64,000 bases of DNA from Raillietiella orientalis (lineage: Eukaryota): contig JAYWIR010000028.1 of NCBI GenBank assembly GCA_036172245.1, forward strand, positions 2,666,001-2,730,000, given 5' to 3'. A model generated the notes under the pieces. The model did not search any database. It had not been told where the DNA came from and saw nothing but the letters and a program-made list of their open reading frames with translations. The translations under genes and the position numbers were made by a program. Shown in pieces: positions 1-14,600 of the stretch. How positions within the stretch are numbered: position 1 is the stretch's first letter; every line of letters begins with the position of its first letter.

Positions 1-2018
1 CTGAAGTTTGTGTGGTTAAATTAGCTAAGAAACAATTTTGCAGCCATAAAAATGCCATCAAAAGCTATTGAATGTCAAGGTGCAACTGGTTTTATCAGTC
101 ATGTGAATTTTTATTTTTTGCTTGTTTAGGAAATTAAGATAACCAAAATCAAACCATGTTATTAAAAGAATTGGATTTGTTAAGCAGTGTTTTTTTTTTT
201 TTTTAAAGTATATCATTAGAAGATCAGAGATCATGATAGTCCATGAAATTTGTCTTTTTTAGCTATCAAGGTCCCAATTCTACACCATGGGACTATTTGT
301 CTTCAGAAATTCCCCAAGGCATCAAAATTAATTATCAGGATTTGCAGAGTTCAGGACTGAGAAAAATAAGCAGGAAAGAAAAACACCACAGAGCACATAA
401 AGCACAAAAATAAACTTTGATGTAAAATTCAGATATATGTGTTTAGTTTGTGTTTTGATGTGTTAGAGAAATCTAAAATCAGACATGAAACCAGTTTTTG
501 CCAGGATGCTTGTTTTCCAGTAGAATATCTAGCTTGTGGAACACATAGTTTGCAGTATTCACTAGTCAAGGTTAATTTAATAATAGTTTAATTGTCATTA
601 AGATCTCTATCATGGATAATATAATGTAGTGTAGTTTGCTTTCTTCCCCCATTGGTAGATTTTCAGAAATTTAGAGTTCTCATTGCTATAATTTTCCTTT
701 ATAAAGGATTATGCTAGTCTTTCTTAATAAAACATCTTCATAAGGCTAGGTAGTTGAGTAATTCATGCACAAAAAGTGTTGAAGATTGTTATATCAGCAG
801 ACTTTGGGTGAATTCTTTGCATGATTTGTTATAATCAGTGTCTATAATCAACCAATAGCTAATTGGTATTCAAGTGACACATGGATTTATGTTTTTGTTG
901 TTGTTATTGTTTTCCTAGAATGTTCTGCAATATTGTTTGACTTGAAAACTATGCCCCAAACAATTTTTCCAAAAACGGCTTTGGCAAACATGATTTTTAC
1001 ATGATATCTGCAATGCAAATTTTTTGCAAAGAAAATAGCCAGTGATCAGGTTTCTTTTGTTTTTGTGTATCAAGTACATTTCAAATTCGCCGTTGTAAGA
1101 AACAATGCACAACATGAAATGCAAATTCTAGCAATGTTCTCTTATGATTTTATTCTACAGTGGTGGATATATTAATTTTGGATGACTTCTATTTATTGAC
1201 ATAAGTCAAAGAATATTTACAATCCGTACAACATGCTTTATACATTCGCCGCACCTTATTCGGGGACATTGTAAATGCGACATAAATATTACACCTCATC
1301 CACATTGTATGACAAACGTCTCTATAAAGTTAGTGATCTCGGGTGTTGTGCGTCAGACCTCAGCAGAAATAAGGATCAGGTAGATATAATGTAATTTTGT
1401 TCAGTTTTAAAAGACCTCATAAGCCCATTTCACACTATCTGCAACAGACGGTAACCGTTTGAATATTTTGGAATTCCTGTCCAGCTGCGCCCAATTGAAT
1501 CAATGACTGTAAATTTTCGTTTGACTATTGCCGAATTTGCACAGCACATCCGCGAAGCATTACAAGTTCCAAGGGTTTAAGCATGCTGGGGTTTCTAGGA
1601 TCTTCTTCCATGGAAAAAAAAAGGGGAAAAAATAACCTTACGCAGAAGTGGAACCAAGGATTTCACAAACGGAAGTTTCCGTCCAATATTCATAACTTTC
1701 ATAGTCGCAAAACGGGCATTACTGCACAAGGATTTCATATGATTTATTTCCCTGTAAAAGGAAATGGAAATCAGCTAGCTGAGTAAAGTCTTAGCTTTTT
1801 TGTTCTCCATTCAGTTTAGCAGTATGCTCTAAGTATTGCATACTATTAAACTGAATCAACATGAGAACCAATAACATGAATTTCTCTTAATATAAATCTT
1901 CTGCTCTGACAGCATAGTTGGTTAAGCTGCTAAAACGTGCCCTAACTTGTGGATTGGAGTAATTTATCAAGTAATTATTCTAATATTAGCTGAGTTTCAT
2001 GAACCTTAGCTTAGAAAT

Positions 2019-2857
2019 ATAGTGGAACGGTGGTTATCATGAATGCAGATTACAAAAACGTATAAACGGATTGATAATCCACCTATCTGGTGGGTTATTT
2101 TATGTCTCCACGACTTTCCAGAAATTACTTTAGAAATCTTCTGGTGCTACGTTGTCTCTATGGATTCATCACATTTCTGAATTCTCAAACTCCATAGTTT
2201 CTGGCCGACACTGAGAATTTCGAAAGTGTAAGTTACCGGCCATCTTGCAACGGACACCAGTCGGTGCCATTTCTCTGAGCACCAAACACCATCTGCGGTG
2301 CACTCTCGATAGAGTCACCTCGGACAAAAAGAAACTTTCGACATAAGCAACCCTAGACGTGCTTAACATTTTAAGTTTTCTGTCATTCGACGAAAGGACC
2401 TTTTTTTGCATTGCACTAAAAGATGTGGCCCACATGGTAGCAGAGTCGTGGAATGAAATTCCAAAGAGCGTTATTGGAAATCTGTGTTCATCAGCTGAAG
2501 ATTCCGAGTCGAATTCACCGATCGGCTATTTTACTGATGAAGACGATACCCATCGCAGCACAATTCCATTCCATGCCAAGAGAAAGTGACTCGGGGATTA
2601 CGGAATGGGCGGGAAAAGAAAATGAATGAAATCGTGCCCATGATTTCATTCATTTTCTTTGATGCATCTGCATGCCATTATGCACGCTCCTACGGAAGAA
2701 AATTTGGGTGAGGGTGACAAATGCTCGAAAATTCAATACTGACAAAGTTCTTGACTCTTTAACTATTGAGTGGTCAGAAAGTGTCTGCCTTCCTGTTCAT
2801 GGCATTCTTCTCCTGAAAAGGTTACGGGAAAAAGCAACCGTGAAAAAGTTCGAATAA
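2019..2857 (+). mobile_element. Degenerate pogo/Tigger (Jerky-like) DNA transposon remnant
   Basis: ORF 2359..2589 contains IALKDVAHMVAESWNEIPKSVIGNL, resembling the end of the pogo/Tigger DDE_1 domain (lkDai.mva.aWnev....I.NcW). ORF 2672..2857 has ILLLKRLREKA, like Jerky/Tigger C-termini. A worn TIR-like TAGTGGAACGGTGGTTATC lies at ~2019. Frames are broken. Confidence 0.5.
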
Positions 2858-4539
2858 AATTTCATATCGTATCGTCGTAATTTACCACACAATATCATCA
2901 TTTTTACTTTTGTGATGTTACTAAATTTGTTCATTTGATTATAAAAATTCGTGTTACTGTTCAACAATTTGGTTTCTTCTATTTAATTATTCAAAATTGT
3001 TTTTGTTTTTTGTTTCGACTACCCATCTCGACACAATTAACAACATTCTGTGAAGGCAACATTTTTAAAATTTTGATTCCAGCAAATTCAATGACCCTGT
3101 CGAACGCGCGCTGCGCCTCAATTTCGTGACACCTCCATTTTTCTCGTCAAAAAAGGTATCAAATTTTCTTCTAAACAAAACTGAAAACAATCTGCAAAAT
3201 GCTTTCAAATTATTGATATCACGAAAATCTATACTGTCTGCCTTCAGAATCGCGGAACCGGAAGGTAGAGGTAGTAAGTTGATTTTCATATGCTTTCCAA
3301 TGGAATTCATGACTGCTTCCTTTGCTAAGAATGCACGCAAAATGTCATCGATTTTTAATAGTACCACACTCTTATTTTTGTTTTCTGGTCTACAGATTCT
3401 CGATTCTGAATTATTCAGATGCATTATTCTTTATTATTTGGAATTGAATTGCATTCGTAAAAATCTTCCAAATTCTGTAAAATACAGTAATTTATGAAGT
3501 TTTTCAAATATGAAGCATATGTTGGTGTCAATATCATATATGAATTACACACATGTTATTAGCGCCAATATTCGAAAAAAGAATCGAATGCATGTCCTCT
3601 GCAGGTAATTGAAGCATTTTCATATTTTTGGATCTGTTTGCAGTGTTCCCTTTTTGAATTCATATGTAGTGGTTTACTTTTCCCTCTACGCCTACACTCT
3701 ATGCATTTGAACGTATAGACTCTATGCTATAGCGTATCTTCGAATTGCAATTCGATGGAGTTGCAATCATAGACAACTAAGAGCTGGAAACAAATTCTGA
3801 TTTTTTTTTTTTTTTAATTTAAACAAAACATGCTGCATTAGTTCTTCATATTGGTTTCTAAATAGCAACCTGATGAACTGTTGTTCTGGTAGTTTAAAAT
3901 TACAGGACAGAACATAAACGTTACCTAGGTGACTCTTATTCAGCATCCGGAACAGAAGACAAAAAAAAGAAAAACAGAAAACCACTACCAAGGAGCAGAC
4001 AATGGGAAGCAGCGGACAGATACACCATAACAAATAGAAATCACCATCTTTCATACCAGAATCCCAATCGTCACTTTGCAAAGGGTTTACCCTTCTTTGA
4101 AAAGCAGAATGTATTTATTGTAAACATCAAAAACATCTGATATCTAAAGACGTCAATGCTCTCTTGGATTGCTGTAGTTTGATATCACATGAGAGAAAGC
4201 TTGTTTTTTTGTTTTCCTTTAGCACCGGCTTAGTTAATGAAGGGTATTACGAGTTATTTAGTTCCAGTTGGTACACTTCGATGAGGATATAATTAGTTGA
4301 TAACTTGGGCACTCGTTATTAAGGTCCTTCAAAAGAAAAGCTTAAATAAATTAGTTCGTGATTGGATTGTCAATGGAATATTATATCGAACACTCAATGG
4401 AATTCAGACTTAAAAAGTTTCTTTGGGTTAAATTAAATGATTTTAAATGGGTCCGCTAGTATTCAATAATCAATTTAAGAAGCAACCTTTGCAAACAAAA
4501 CGAAGAAAGCACCAAAGTCTTCAACAAAAGGTAATTCGA

Positions 4540-5100
4540 AAGCAGTGCTCTCACGCCGGAGGCAATCTTTCTCCTCATGCTGCTGCTGAGGATGGCGCCG
4601 TCGACCGTTAAAATGGGCTCTCCATCATTAAATTTCCAGAGGGCGTTTGTTCTTCTCGAGGCCCTTCTTCCTTTGGACCAAAGGCTTTGGATATCTCTGC
4701 TGTGCTGTGGGAATTTTCCGGAGGAAGTCCCCGTCATGAAACACCTGGGATTCTCATCTCATCTGTTGCTGGTTCGAGGATTCTTTCCTGGACCAATTTC
4801 TTCACCGCGTTGTGTGTTGGTAATCTGAAGCAGCTGTCAATGGTGAACATGTCAGATTCATGGGTCAGCTTCATCAGTCCCGCGCAGCCTTTTCTTCTTT
4901 CTCCATACAGGTATTCGTTGGCTGCCCAGGACGGGAGCTTTCCTTACTCTCCGTCGAACTTTTCATCGATGTACTGCCATTCTTCCTTCTGATGGGTTGC
5001 CAACCTCTCGTAGTGGATGAGGCTGGAGAAGGCCTTCATGGCATCAATTTTCTGTCATCCCCGTAGTCCACCATCTAGAATGGCACTCGCCTTCTGTATA
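4540..5100 (-). mobile_element. Degenerate Utopia/NeSL-like non-LTR retrotransposon fragment (region downstream of the RT core)
   Basis: Minus-strand translation: ILDGGLRG*QKIDAMKAF...QKEEWQYIDE...LPSWAANEYLYGERRKGCAGLMKLTHESDMFTIDSCFRL, then in a shifted frame DIQSLWSKGRRASRR. This matches the motif series I recall for Utopia/NeSL elements (LAPWQKIDALKTF; LP..ASNEYLYG....G..G; ESD...ID..FKLL; W..AR.ASRR). In-frame stops and frameshifts indicate a dead copy. Confidence 0.65.
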
Positions 5101-6790
5101 AAGATTTTATCTTAAAGCAAGCTTTGTCATCGGCATTTCTTCAAAAGCTTCAATACTTGTCTCATCTTTAGTTAGGTTTTCTTTTGTTTTCCTCCTGAAG
5201 CACAATTTCGCTAATAAGCGAACTGCCTTGCTCGATATTCAATGCAGTTCCTCTTGATATATTACGAAACTTTTCGACTATCATTACGTCTGGCACAATA
5301 ATTTAATTTTCAATGAAAGAGTCTTCGATTGTGATTTGAATTTAGAGTATTCATTTTTTTATTAAACTACTTGACTTTGTTGCAAAACTTCCTTCCTGAT
5401 TAATGAAGTCTTACTTTTTGAAACAAAAGTTAATTCGCTGAGCACACCAACTCCTTATTAAATATTTTCTAGCTTCACACTTAAATACCAATAAAAAAAG
5501 GCATGTTTACTCCATAATCACCAGGCACTCTAAGAACTACAATTGATCTTTATCCAATAATCTAATCAGAAAAACCATTTAAATCATTTGATGTATTTCT
5601 TTTAGGAAAAGGAATGCCGATTCTGCAGCATTTACTGGCACAGAATGCATCAGCTTAAATGCGTATTGCAGGCCCCTTGCTCCAATTATTACAGTATGCT
5701 TACCTCCAGAAATTGAAATGCAAGAATAACGAAGATGTGTCTCAAACATACAGTGAAAAAGTTTGAACTCTTTTTCGTTGTACTTTATTTCTATTTTGAT
5801 TAGCTATGTAACGAATAATTGGCACCTCACCTTGAAAAAAACGGTGTTCAAATTTGGCAACCAGAATGTGGATACCACCAATCATTAAAAGTTTAGAATC
5901 GCCCTTTTAATGTTTCATCATTTTTGAATCATTGAGATTTTCACAGATGGAACAGATTTAACACTTCTGAGGTCAAAAAAGATTCCAGAAAATCATTTGT
6001 TGTGATTTTCTGAAGGACCTGAATTCCATACTTTCCATAATAGTTTGTGAGACTTGATTCGTAAACATCCAACAGCAGACTAACTAACTGGTTCCTCGAA
6101 GCTTAAGCACCGCAGCTATGTTTTTATCTCTTCTCTTTTTGCTTGATAAATAAAAATTAAAAAAAGAAAAGAAAAGAAAGAATATGAAAGGAAACAGACT
6201 AATATTCAAGTTCAATAGGTTTCTTTTAATTCTTAATGATTTGCAATTGTGCATTTTCAAGTGTTTTTTATTTGAACTGGATTAAACCCTGGAAAAGCGT
6301 CTGGCTACATAAGAGCACTTAATGCAACTGCATCCAATTGCATGCCTTGCTTTTTGTTTCACACAAAGGTGGTCAACATCACCAGCTTGCACACAATACC
6401 TTGGACTTCCTTGGGTATACTACAACGGGAACCATATTTGGGGTTCATATTCATGCATCTAATTATATCTGCTTTTTTCAAGTCCGTGATAATGATTGTT
6501 TAAAGCCCTCAAATGACAAAGTCATTTGTTCAAGAATACACCATTTACACAAAATCAATACAGCACTTTTAAGCATGAGGTCAATTTCTTAATTTGAAAA
6601 ATTAAGTGCAAAAACAATTCACTGTAGGATGACTAAGAAGCTATTCATCATAAGATTCACACATGCTTAACACAGAAAATTCTTTAAAAGAAGAAAAACA
6701 GAGATTTCCTGGCAATTCATAAGAGACAACAATATATACAATAATTTAGCTTCTCAAAATAAAAAGAAACATACCATTAAGTTTTTCAAA

Positions 6791-9700
6791 TCAAAACTTT
6801 GTTGCAAAGTGAATTTTATCTTCCACTTCACTCTTCGTGTTCATGATATTCCTAGATTGCTAAAAAAAGCAAAAGCAGGTATACCTCCTTGCAAATACTA
6901 AATTCGACACAAGATAAATATATTTAAAAGCATAAGCATAGTAAGGTTGATAGTTTCAGATGCAAAATCCCAATATTTATAGAAAAACTTTAAAGTTTGT
7001 ATTAAAACTAAGATTAATAAGACATAGTCGTCCAAAAACACAGCAATTTTGGACACAATGCTTTTACAAGTGCTTGAAAATTTTGGAAACCACATTCAGT
7101 GTAAAATGCTATTAAAAAACCAAAAGCATTTTACCAGTCCATATGATGTGCCCCAAAACAGTTTACAAATAAGAATATCCATCGCACTGAACAACATTCC
7201 TAGCAATAAAGTTAGAATGCATCCTATTGCTGAATACCACATGTATGATATCTTATACAACCAAAAAAAATCCTTAGATCTGAAAGATATATGTCTGAAT
7301 TACAAATACAGGCTATATAAGTATGTAATCACTAATCATATACTAATGACAAATATCTATATTAATATCTATAATAATGACAAATATCTACAAATATCTA
7401 AGATTCATTGATCACACATTTCAATAAAGCTTACTAGTTGCTATAAAGTGGAAGAATCATAAATAGTACGCACTGGGAATCTGAATAGATGTCAAGTGAA
7501 GAAGATATCTCCAATACTGATATATTGTTATGTTGTGAATATGGTTCATTTGCTTTACATCCACTTGTGCTTAAAGGTAAAGATTTTGCCATTGGTCTTG
7601 GTCCTCCAAATCCCATCCAAAAAGCAAATGCCAAAGTAATTATGTAGGCTAAAAAAGTACCCTAAATAAAAGCACTTATGATATCTCATTTGTCATTTAA
7701 CTTGGAATTCAACAAAATTTATCAACATGAACCCATGTAAGGATTAAATGTAATTCTACAGAATGATGACAGGATTTCATTCATGATACAAAATTACAGA
7801 TTAAGAAGCATGAAATACATAAAATTTAGGAACTTTTACTTATACATGTACAGCGAAAATAGAATTTTGTTAAAAACGTGTATCTTACTCTTTTAGTAGC
7901 CCATTTCACAAATATTCCAAGAGAAAACAAACCAAGCACTGGACCACCAACAATTCCAAAAATAGTAAGGGCAACTTGTAATATTCTACCTAATACTTTG
8001 GCCACAAATGCAAGAATGATGGATAACATGCAGAGCATGAAAACAAGAATCTTTGAGATAAATGCTCGTCTTTGGTCTGTCCAAGATATCTTCAAGAAGA
8101 CCTACAATCCAACATACTCCACACATGAAAAAATTCAAATTCATGGAAATTTTTCTTATATATCCTTTTAGTGTATCTCCACTAAGTGTTATTTAATACG
8201 TTTTCAATGAATTTCGTAATTTTAATGAAATAAATGAAATAAAATAAATTGACGCAATCAAATCAATTATAGATATAATGATTAAATAATTCTGCCCATT
8301 CTCTGCACTGTTTTAATCAATTCCTCTAGTATATAATTCACAATGGTTTCTCACTTTAATTGCAATTCATCTAAGGACTTTATTCAAATTTGTAATTGAG
8401 TCAGAGAATTGTAAGTTCACTTATAAGTATTTTACTGAAGACAATGTTCTGAACATGTACAGAAAGAGTGATTAAAATCTTTTTACCTGTAGATAATCTT
8501 CAAGAATTACTGTTGCTACACAATTTATACTTGATGACAATGAGCTTAGTGATCCAGAAAACAGTCCACAAAGAAATAAACCAGGGAGCCCAGGCATCGA
8601 TGACATAGTTTCCATAACAAAATAGGGCATCAACTATCGATTAATTTTACTTAATCAGACATTTATAAATCTTATGATAGGCGTGGCAAACAGTGATTGA
8701 CACTTATCATATTAATGAAATAACTTTAAAAACGAAAAGTTTATTATTAAATCTAACCATGGTGACATAAAAGATTGCAAATGGTTTTTATTTATGCATT
8801 CACTTTGCAGTAAGGAATTCTTTGAAAACTTCGAAATCATCAAAGATTTTTTTCCCTTGCTTCACAACTTGTTCAAATTTATTCTACTTGCAAACCTGTA
8901 TTTACAAAACCAGACAAGAGATTATTTCTCAAACAGATGAAGAAGCATTTAACAGAACTCATTAGTTTCAAAATAAAGGTGTGTTACAGTTAATAAACCG
9001 TAATAAACTATACATAAACAGTAATAAACTACACTTACCAATATTGAAATTATTCATTAAAAGATAGAAACTTCTGGCATGATTAGATACACTTTTTATA
9101 TTCATGTTTGATATTTCACTAACAATGTTTTGACTTAATAAGAAGGTGAGAACAATACCCTTATCAACATACACAAAATTCTCAGAAATCTTTCAACTGA
9201 GAGCTACTGTACTTTCAAAGGAGAACCTCAAATGTCTTTCACAGCATTACTTTTTTCGAAGTGTACAAATATCAAAATGCCATGGTCTTAACTAATTTCA
9301 TGAGAAACTAATTAAGGCAATGTCACTAATTAAGGTCACAAAACATCATTTATGAGCACCTTCATTACATAAATACCTGATCAGGAGAAGAGATTTTTTT
9401 ATCTGATAAAGGGTCACAAGCTACATAATATGCATACATAACTAAACCAGCAAAACATGTACTCAAACTAAGTACAAGAACAATAGGCCACTGGAGCCAC
9501 AAAGCCAACTGGGCTTTCCTTAAATTACTAGAAAATGAAAACTCCAGTGTATTGTTTAATCTTACAAGGATATGAACTTACTTGACTGTAAGCAGACGCT
9601 GAACTTGAGTCTGATTAACTGCATACAAAGATAAGTACAAAAAAATTCCACCAATTGCTAAGCTCCAAAAAGTATGACGAACCGTAATATCAAAATCGAT

Positions 9701-11641
9701 ACTAATTGAACATAAACATCGACAAAAATTCAAAATTTTGGTAATGATAAATGACTTAAATAATAAACAAAAAAAATATAAAGTAGTACTGACTTTAGAA
9801 ACTCAATCCTTTTTCCTTCCTGTGCAATATTCCAAACCATGGAGAAACTTCCTATCTTTTTAACTCCAACAACAATAATAATCCATATAGCCACATACAT
9901 AAGGATGGACTACAACACAAAATATACATAATGAGTCACTCTGGAATGAAAATGGCTTGAGTAAACAGATATACATTTATAAGATGCAAAACTAAAATCA
10001 TAAAGCAATGTCCAAATGTGTGAAAAGCATATTAGCATTCCAATGTTAAATGAAGATAAGAGATTACCAAAATTCAATGTTATTAGGTGCTTATATGCAA
10101 CTAAAACACCATTCAACAAGTTTCCTGGGGACAAAATTCTAAGCTTCTTAGTGGCATTCTCAAAAGGAGATGCACAATGAATGTGATATGTAACACTTCT
10201 TTCAAGGCATTTAGAGCTGAGGAACCAAATACATTTGGCTGCTGAGAATTTGAAGCTTCACATTACAAAAACTTCATTCCCATATTGTAAAAACTGACAA
10301 AAATGTATTCAATCATCTTCAATTCAATTTCATCTTCATGAAGGTATTCAAGTCAGCTTATAGACATTAAAAATAAAAGCTGTTGAAAGAAAACTCAGCA
10401 TTCTTCATATTCAACTGTTGCTTTGATTTCTGCAACTATTGGCAAAGCTTTATACACACATCAAAAAAAGCATTTTACTGAATTTCCATTGCTATTTAAA
10501 TTGAGGAAAGTACTTTTAGGAAATCACTTAATGGAACTGATTAACAATGTTTTACAGTAATGTCTTCCATGTGTCTGCCTTCATAATTTCCTTCACTTTA
10601 GATAATTTCCTCTCAAAAATCTTGGAAAAAAGCATCAATTTTAACCAATCTATCTAAATACACATATACACACTACATCCCACATCAACTATCCCCAACC
10701 TAACAATTTAGAAACAATCAGTGATATATGACTGATGTTCATTACATTACTTTATTTTGTAGGAACTAATCTACACTGTTTCTGCTCTACTCAATATTAC
10801 AATTAAGCTTACTTTCTGAAGAAACGACATTACGTATTTCATAAAAACTTTATGGTTTATAAAAATAGATGATCAATTCATTAACAAGTTACACTTCATT
10901 ACACAATTCAAAAAAATTGGGAAGATCATAATTGAAGAATTCAATTACATAAAATGCACTCACTTGTACAAAATCAGTTACGAGAATAGCCTTCATGCCT
11001 CCGACTGTGCTATAAAATGCACACACTAAACCAACTGACAAAATAGAGAATTCTATGCTAAGACCAGTTACAGCAGCCAAAGCCAGGGAAGGAGCATATA
11101 AAACTACTCCAAGATATAGAATGATCTGAAGTAAATAAGTTAACGATGCTGCAAATTTGTGTAGGCCATCAAATCGTTCTTCTAAATACTGAAAATGACA
11201 TCACTTCTATTACATCATTTTCTTATGAAAAAACATGTGAATTATTGGAAAACAAACATGATTACCTGATAAATACTAGTAGTTTTACGGTGATAAAAAA
11301 TTGGTAAGAAAACATGTGCAGCTATTGGAGTTCCCAACAAGTATGCAAAATCTACAATTGAGAACTGTGTTCCATACATGTACATTTCAGATGAAACTCC
11401 TAGAAGTGTTACTGCTGACATAAAACTTGCCATCAAGGAGAAAGAAACAGTTATGAAGTGCATTTCCTTATCTGCTAATAGATATTCCTAAAACACAGCA
11501 AATTTCTTTGATATCATAAATATCTCCTACCTGAGTTGATTTCTGTTTTCCACCGCTGAATCTATAATAAACACCAATAGCTGCTGAAAGCAGCAAACTG
11601 AGAGAAAAGACAACATAGTCAACAACTCCAAATGAAGCCAT
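6791..11641 (-). CDS. Sodium-coupled monocarboxylate transporter-like (SLC5A8/SLC5A12 family), multi-exon
   Basis: ATG at 11641 ([10 protein letters not shown]...). Exons carry SSS-family motifs: [103 protein letters not shown]. All junctions checked are GT-AG. The last one or two exons are uncertain; the candidate terminus ...HFATKF* (stop 6791-6793) is PDZ-ligand-like. Confidence 0.88.
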
Positions 11642-14600
11642 CTGAGGAATATCGCAACACTTTAAACCTGAAAATGCTTGAACAAATACAGGAAAAATGA
11701 AAAACTAAACCAATACACTTACAAGATTTTGGATAATAAATTTAGATTCAGTACTTTGGCATACACATCTAAATAAAGGATATTACTCTATCCATGTTGA
11801 ATCTTGTGAATCCAAAGTGACACTATACAGGCATCTTCAGACCGACAATGTGCTTCCACCACCTACTGTTGAAGCAAAGCAAAAAATAATTCTCCTACCA
11901 TTCCATAACAGAACTACTTAACCTGGTGATACAAAAGCATTATCTAATCAGATGCATGTTGAAAAGATTATTCATGATAAGCCTAACACTATTCTTGGAA
12001 TCCCTCTCAAAGATAATCCATCTAACATGAGTGCTCGATTGTAAGGATGATGACTGACATTTTTGGGGCGATTCACTTCTAATTCACCTCCTTTTAAAAC
12101 GTCTGTCACTTTAGACATAGTTCATTTTAATGACTTCTGCATGCATAGTATACATTAAAAGAAATATTTGAGTACGGGATTCATGATTTGGCCAAATAAG
12201 GCATTCATGCGTTGAATTTCTCATGGACTGTGTAAATTCCCATACACCACGTGTTAGCAGTTCTGTCTTTTTTCCAAGAAAAACAAACAGCAGCTGTTTT
12301 ATAAATCTTGTTTATCGTTTTTATCTATCAAAATAGGTTTACATAAATTAGATCTGATTTCACTAAAGAGATACTAAATTAGATATTCCCGTGCATTCTT
12401 CTTTTTTTAACTCTGTGTTGTTTCATCCTTCGTTTGCTTATTTATAATAAGATAACATATTGGTTCACCCGATGAAACTCTCAACATAGGCAACAAAAAA
12501 TCGAAACAGAACCAAAGTTCAGATTTTAGAAAATAAGGTTTCATATATTAACATGTAATCTTAATAAAAATATGGAGCTTTCAATCTAACCTTCAGTTCA
12601 TTATTTTGTACATTAGTAACTTAATTTCAATAAAAATAAAATCTGTTCCAACGTTTCATAAATAGAAAACCAAAAAGAACTACAAAAGAACTGCCGTTGA
12701 GCATTTCATTTTCCGAATGTGCAAGAAAACAAGTGTTCATAATGCATTTTCTTTTTTTATAAACTACAATTCAGTATGCATTATTTTTATTTGCAAAAGT
12801 GAAAAGATTGTTAAGCCTTCAGAATGAAAAAAGAAATTTCGCTTCTCATATATCATCCAAATAGAAAAGAACTCGCAAAACTGAAAAAAAAAAAAAAACA
12901 TTCATAAGAGGTCGAAAGAATTAAACGAATCAAATGGTTAAATAAAAAGAAAGAATATTGGCTCAAGCTATTGTTTTGACACATCGCATTTCTATTTCTT
13001 TCCTTTGTAGAGTTTTAAAACCTTGGTAACAGTGTCGAAGCTTGGATTTGGGGTTTCAATAGTTATTCCAAGTCTTATTATTACACTGTACAATTGGTCA
13101 TTTTTACATGACAAATCCTGTAGAAGCACTTGACTTCTGCCTGGTAATGTCATTAATGATTGAGAATTTTTCTTAAAAAGATTCATTTTACTAAGGTCAA
13201 ACACATAGGAGAATGAAACCTTAGGTTATCAAAAAGGCTTAATAGGTCCCTAATAGGACTAGGGCCTATTTAAAAAAAATAAATACGAAACTGCTCAATG
13301 AGCGAAAAGAATGTAAGTCTCAGATAATTCAGATAAGGAACTGCTCGTTTATTCTTGAGAGTACGGCAAAGGTCTTTTTAATCATGATAGTGTTAGTGCG
13401 GCAGATGTTTCAAATATCAGTTGTTGATAGCAAACGTTCCAAAGGATACATTATAAAACAACTTTTTGCTCATTTATTGAGAACTGTTGTAAATTAATTT
13501 TGTGCCTTACTTCCCAACAACAAAAATTCATACATAATTCCCCAAAAATGGGTGAAATGTCACCAAACCTTGCGGAACCTGGAAGCTAGTAGACCTTTCC
13601 TTCTTTTCTGTCAGAAATATAAAAGTATGTTGCCTCGAAACAAATTTGTAATTATCCAATCATTCAATTGACGGGCTAAATATTTTTCGAGCTCTCAGGA
13701 GTCGGAATCGAATCGAAGATTCCTGACAAATCAATGAAAAATTTAACAAAGAAAAAGAAATTGAAAACTCGTAGGGTATGTTGTCAAAATTTTTTGGTCA
13801 TTTTTAGGTTTCTTAAACAACGTTTTATTCTGAATAAAAACTTGGGATAGGTTGTTTTTTCAGATTTTATAATTTAGCATACTGTTTCATTCCGGAAGCT
13901 GTTTAACGGAACGCACGCAATTGAAGCTGTATATATACATATATGAGAAAGACCCGCATCAGCACTTGTTGATATGCATCGCACGGTAGCCAATGACTCA
14001 TCCAAGGTGATGAATATGAAAATACTTTTACTTTTTTTCCGGATGAGTTTGTATTATTAAGCCCTCCGGTAAAATTCTAAGGTAGAAAAGGAGTAATTTT
14101 GTAAATTCTTGGAAGCAATATGCTTTTATGTTATAATTAAAAAAAGAAAAAGGATTTTAAAACAAAGAACAGACGTGATATAAATTGTTTTAAAAAACCT
14201 CAATTATTTGAAACAGGGTATTTAATAACTGTCCTTTGTTTCATGGAATAGAGCAATAAATATCTGTTTAATAAATACGGGAGCTCTTTCAATAAGACCA
14301 CATAAGAAAATATTGCACTATTACACAGAAACCGGAAAGTGTTTTACTTAAATACATTAAAAAAAACAAATAACGGAAATCACATGTGTTTCTGTAAAGA
14401 AATTGGTTTCGAATTCTGTGTTTCCCGATAAACCTAATGTATCATCTAATTTCGGAGTGAACTTTTCTTCTTTCAAAGAGAATTCAACGAATTTCATCAC
14501 GTATCGAAACCGAGTGCGCTTAAACTCCTGGCATATATAAAGGGTTGAGCCTATTCTCCATAAATTTTCCATAAAGCTACGGTCTTCTGAGAACATCTTT

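Noticed and set aside
13239..13270. Hairpin AATAGGTCCCTA...TAGGGCCTATT, possibly a Helitron 3' hairpin
   Set aside because: No properly placed CTRR terminus or other Helitron features.
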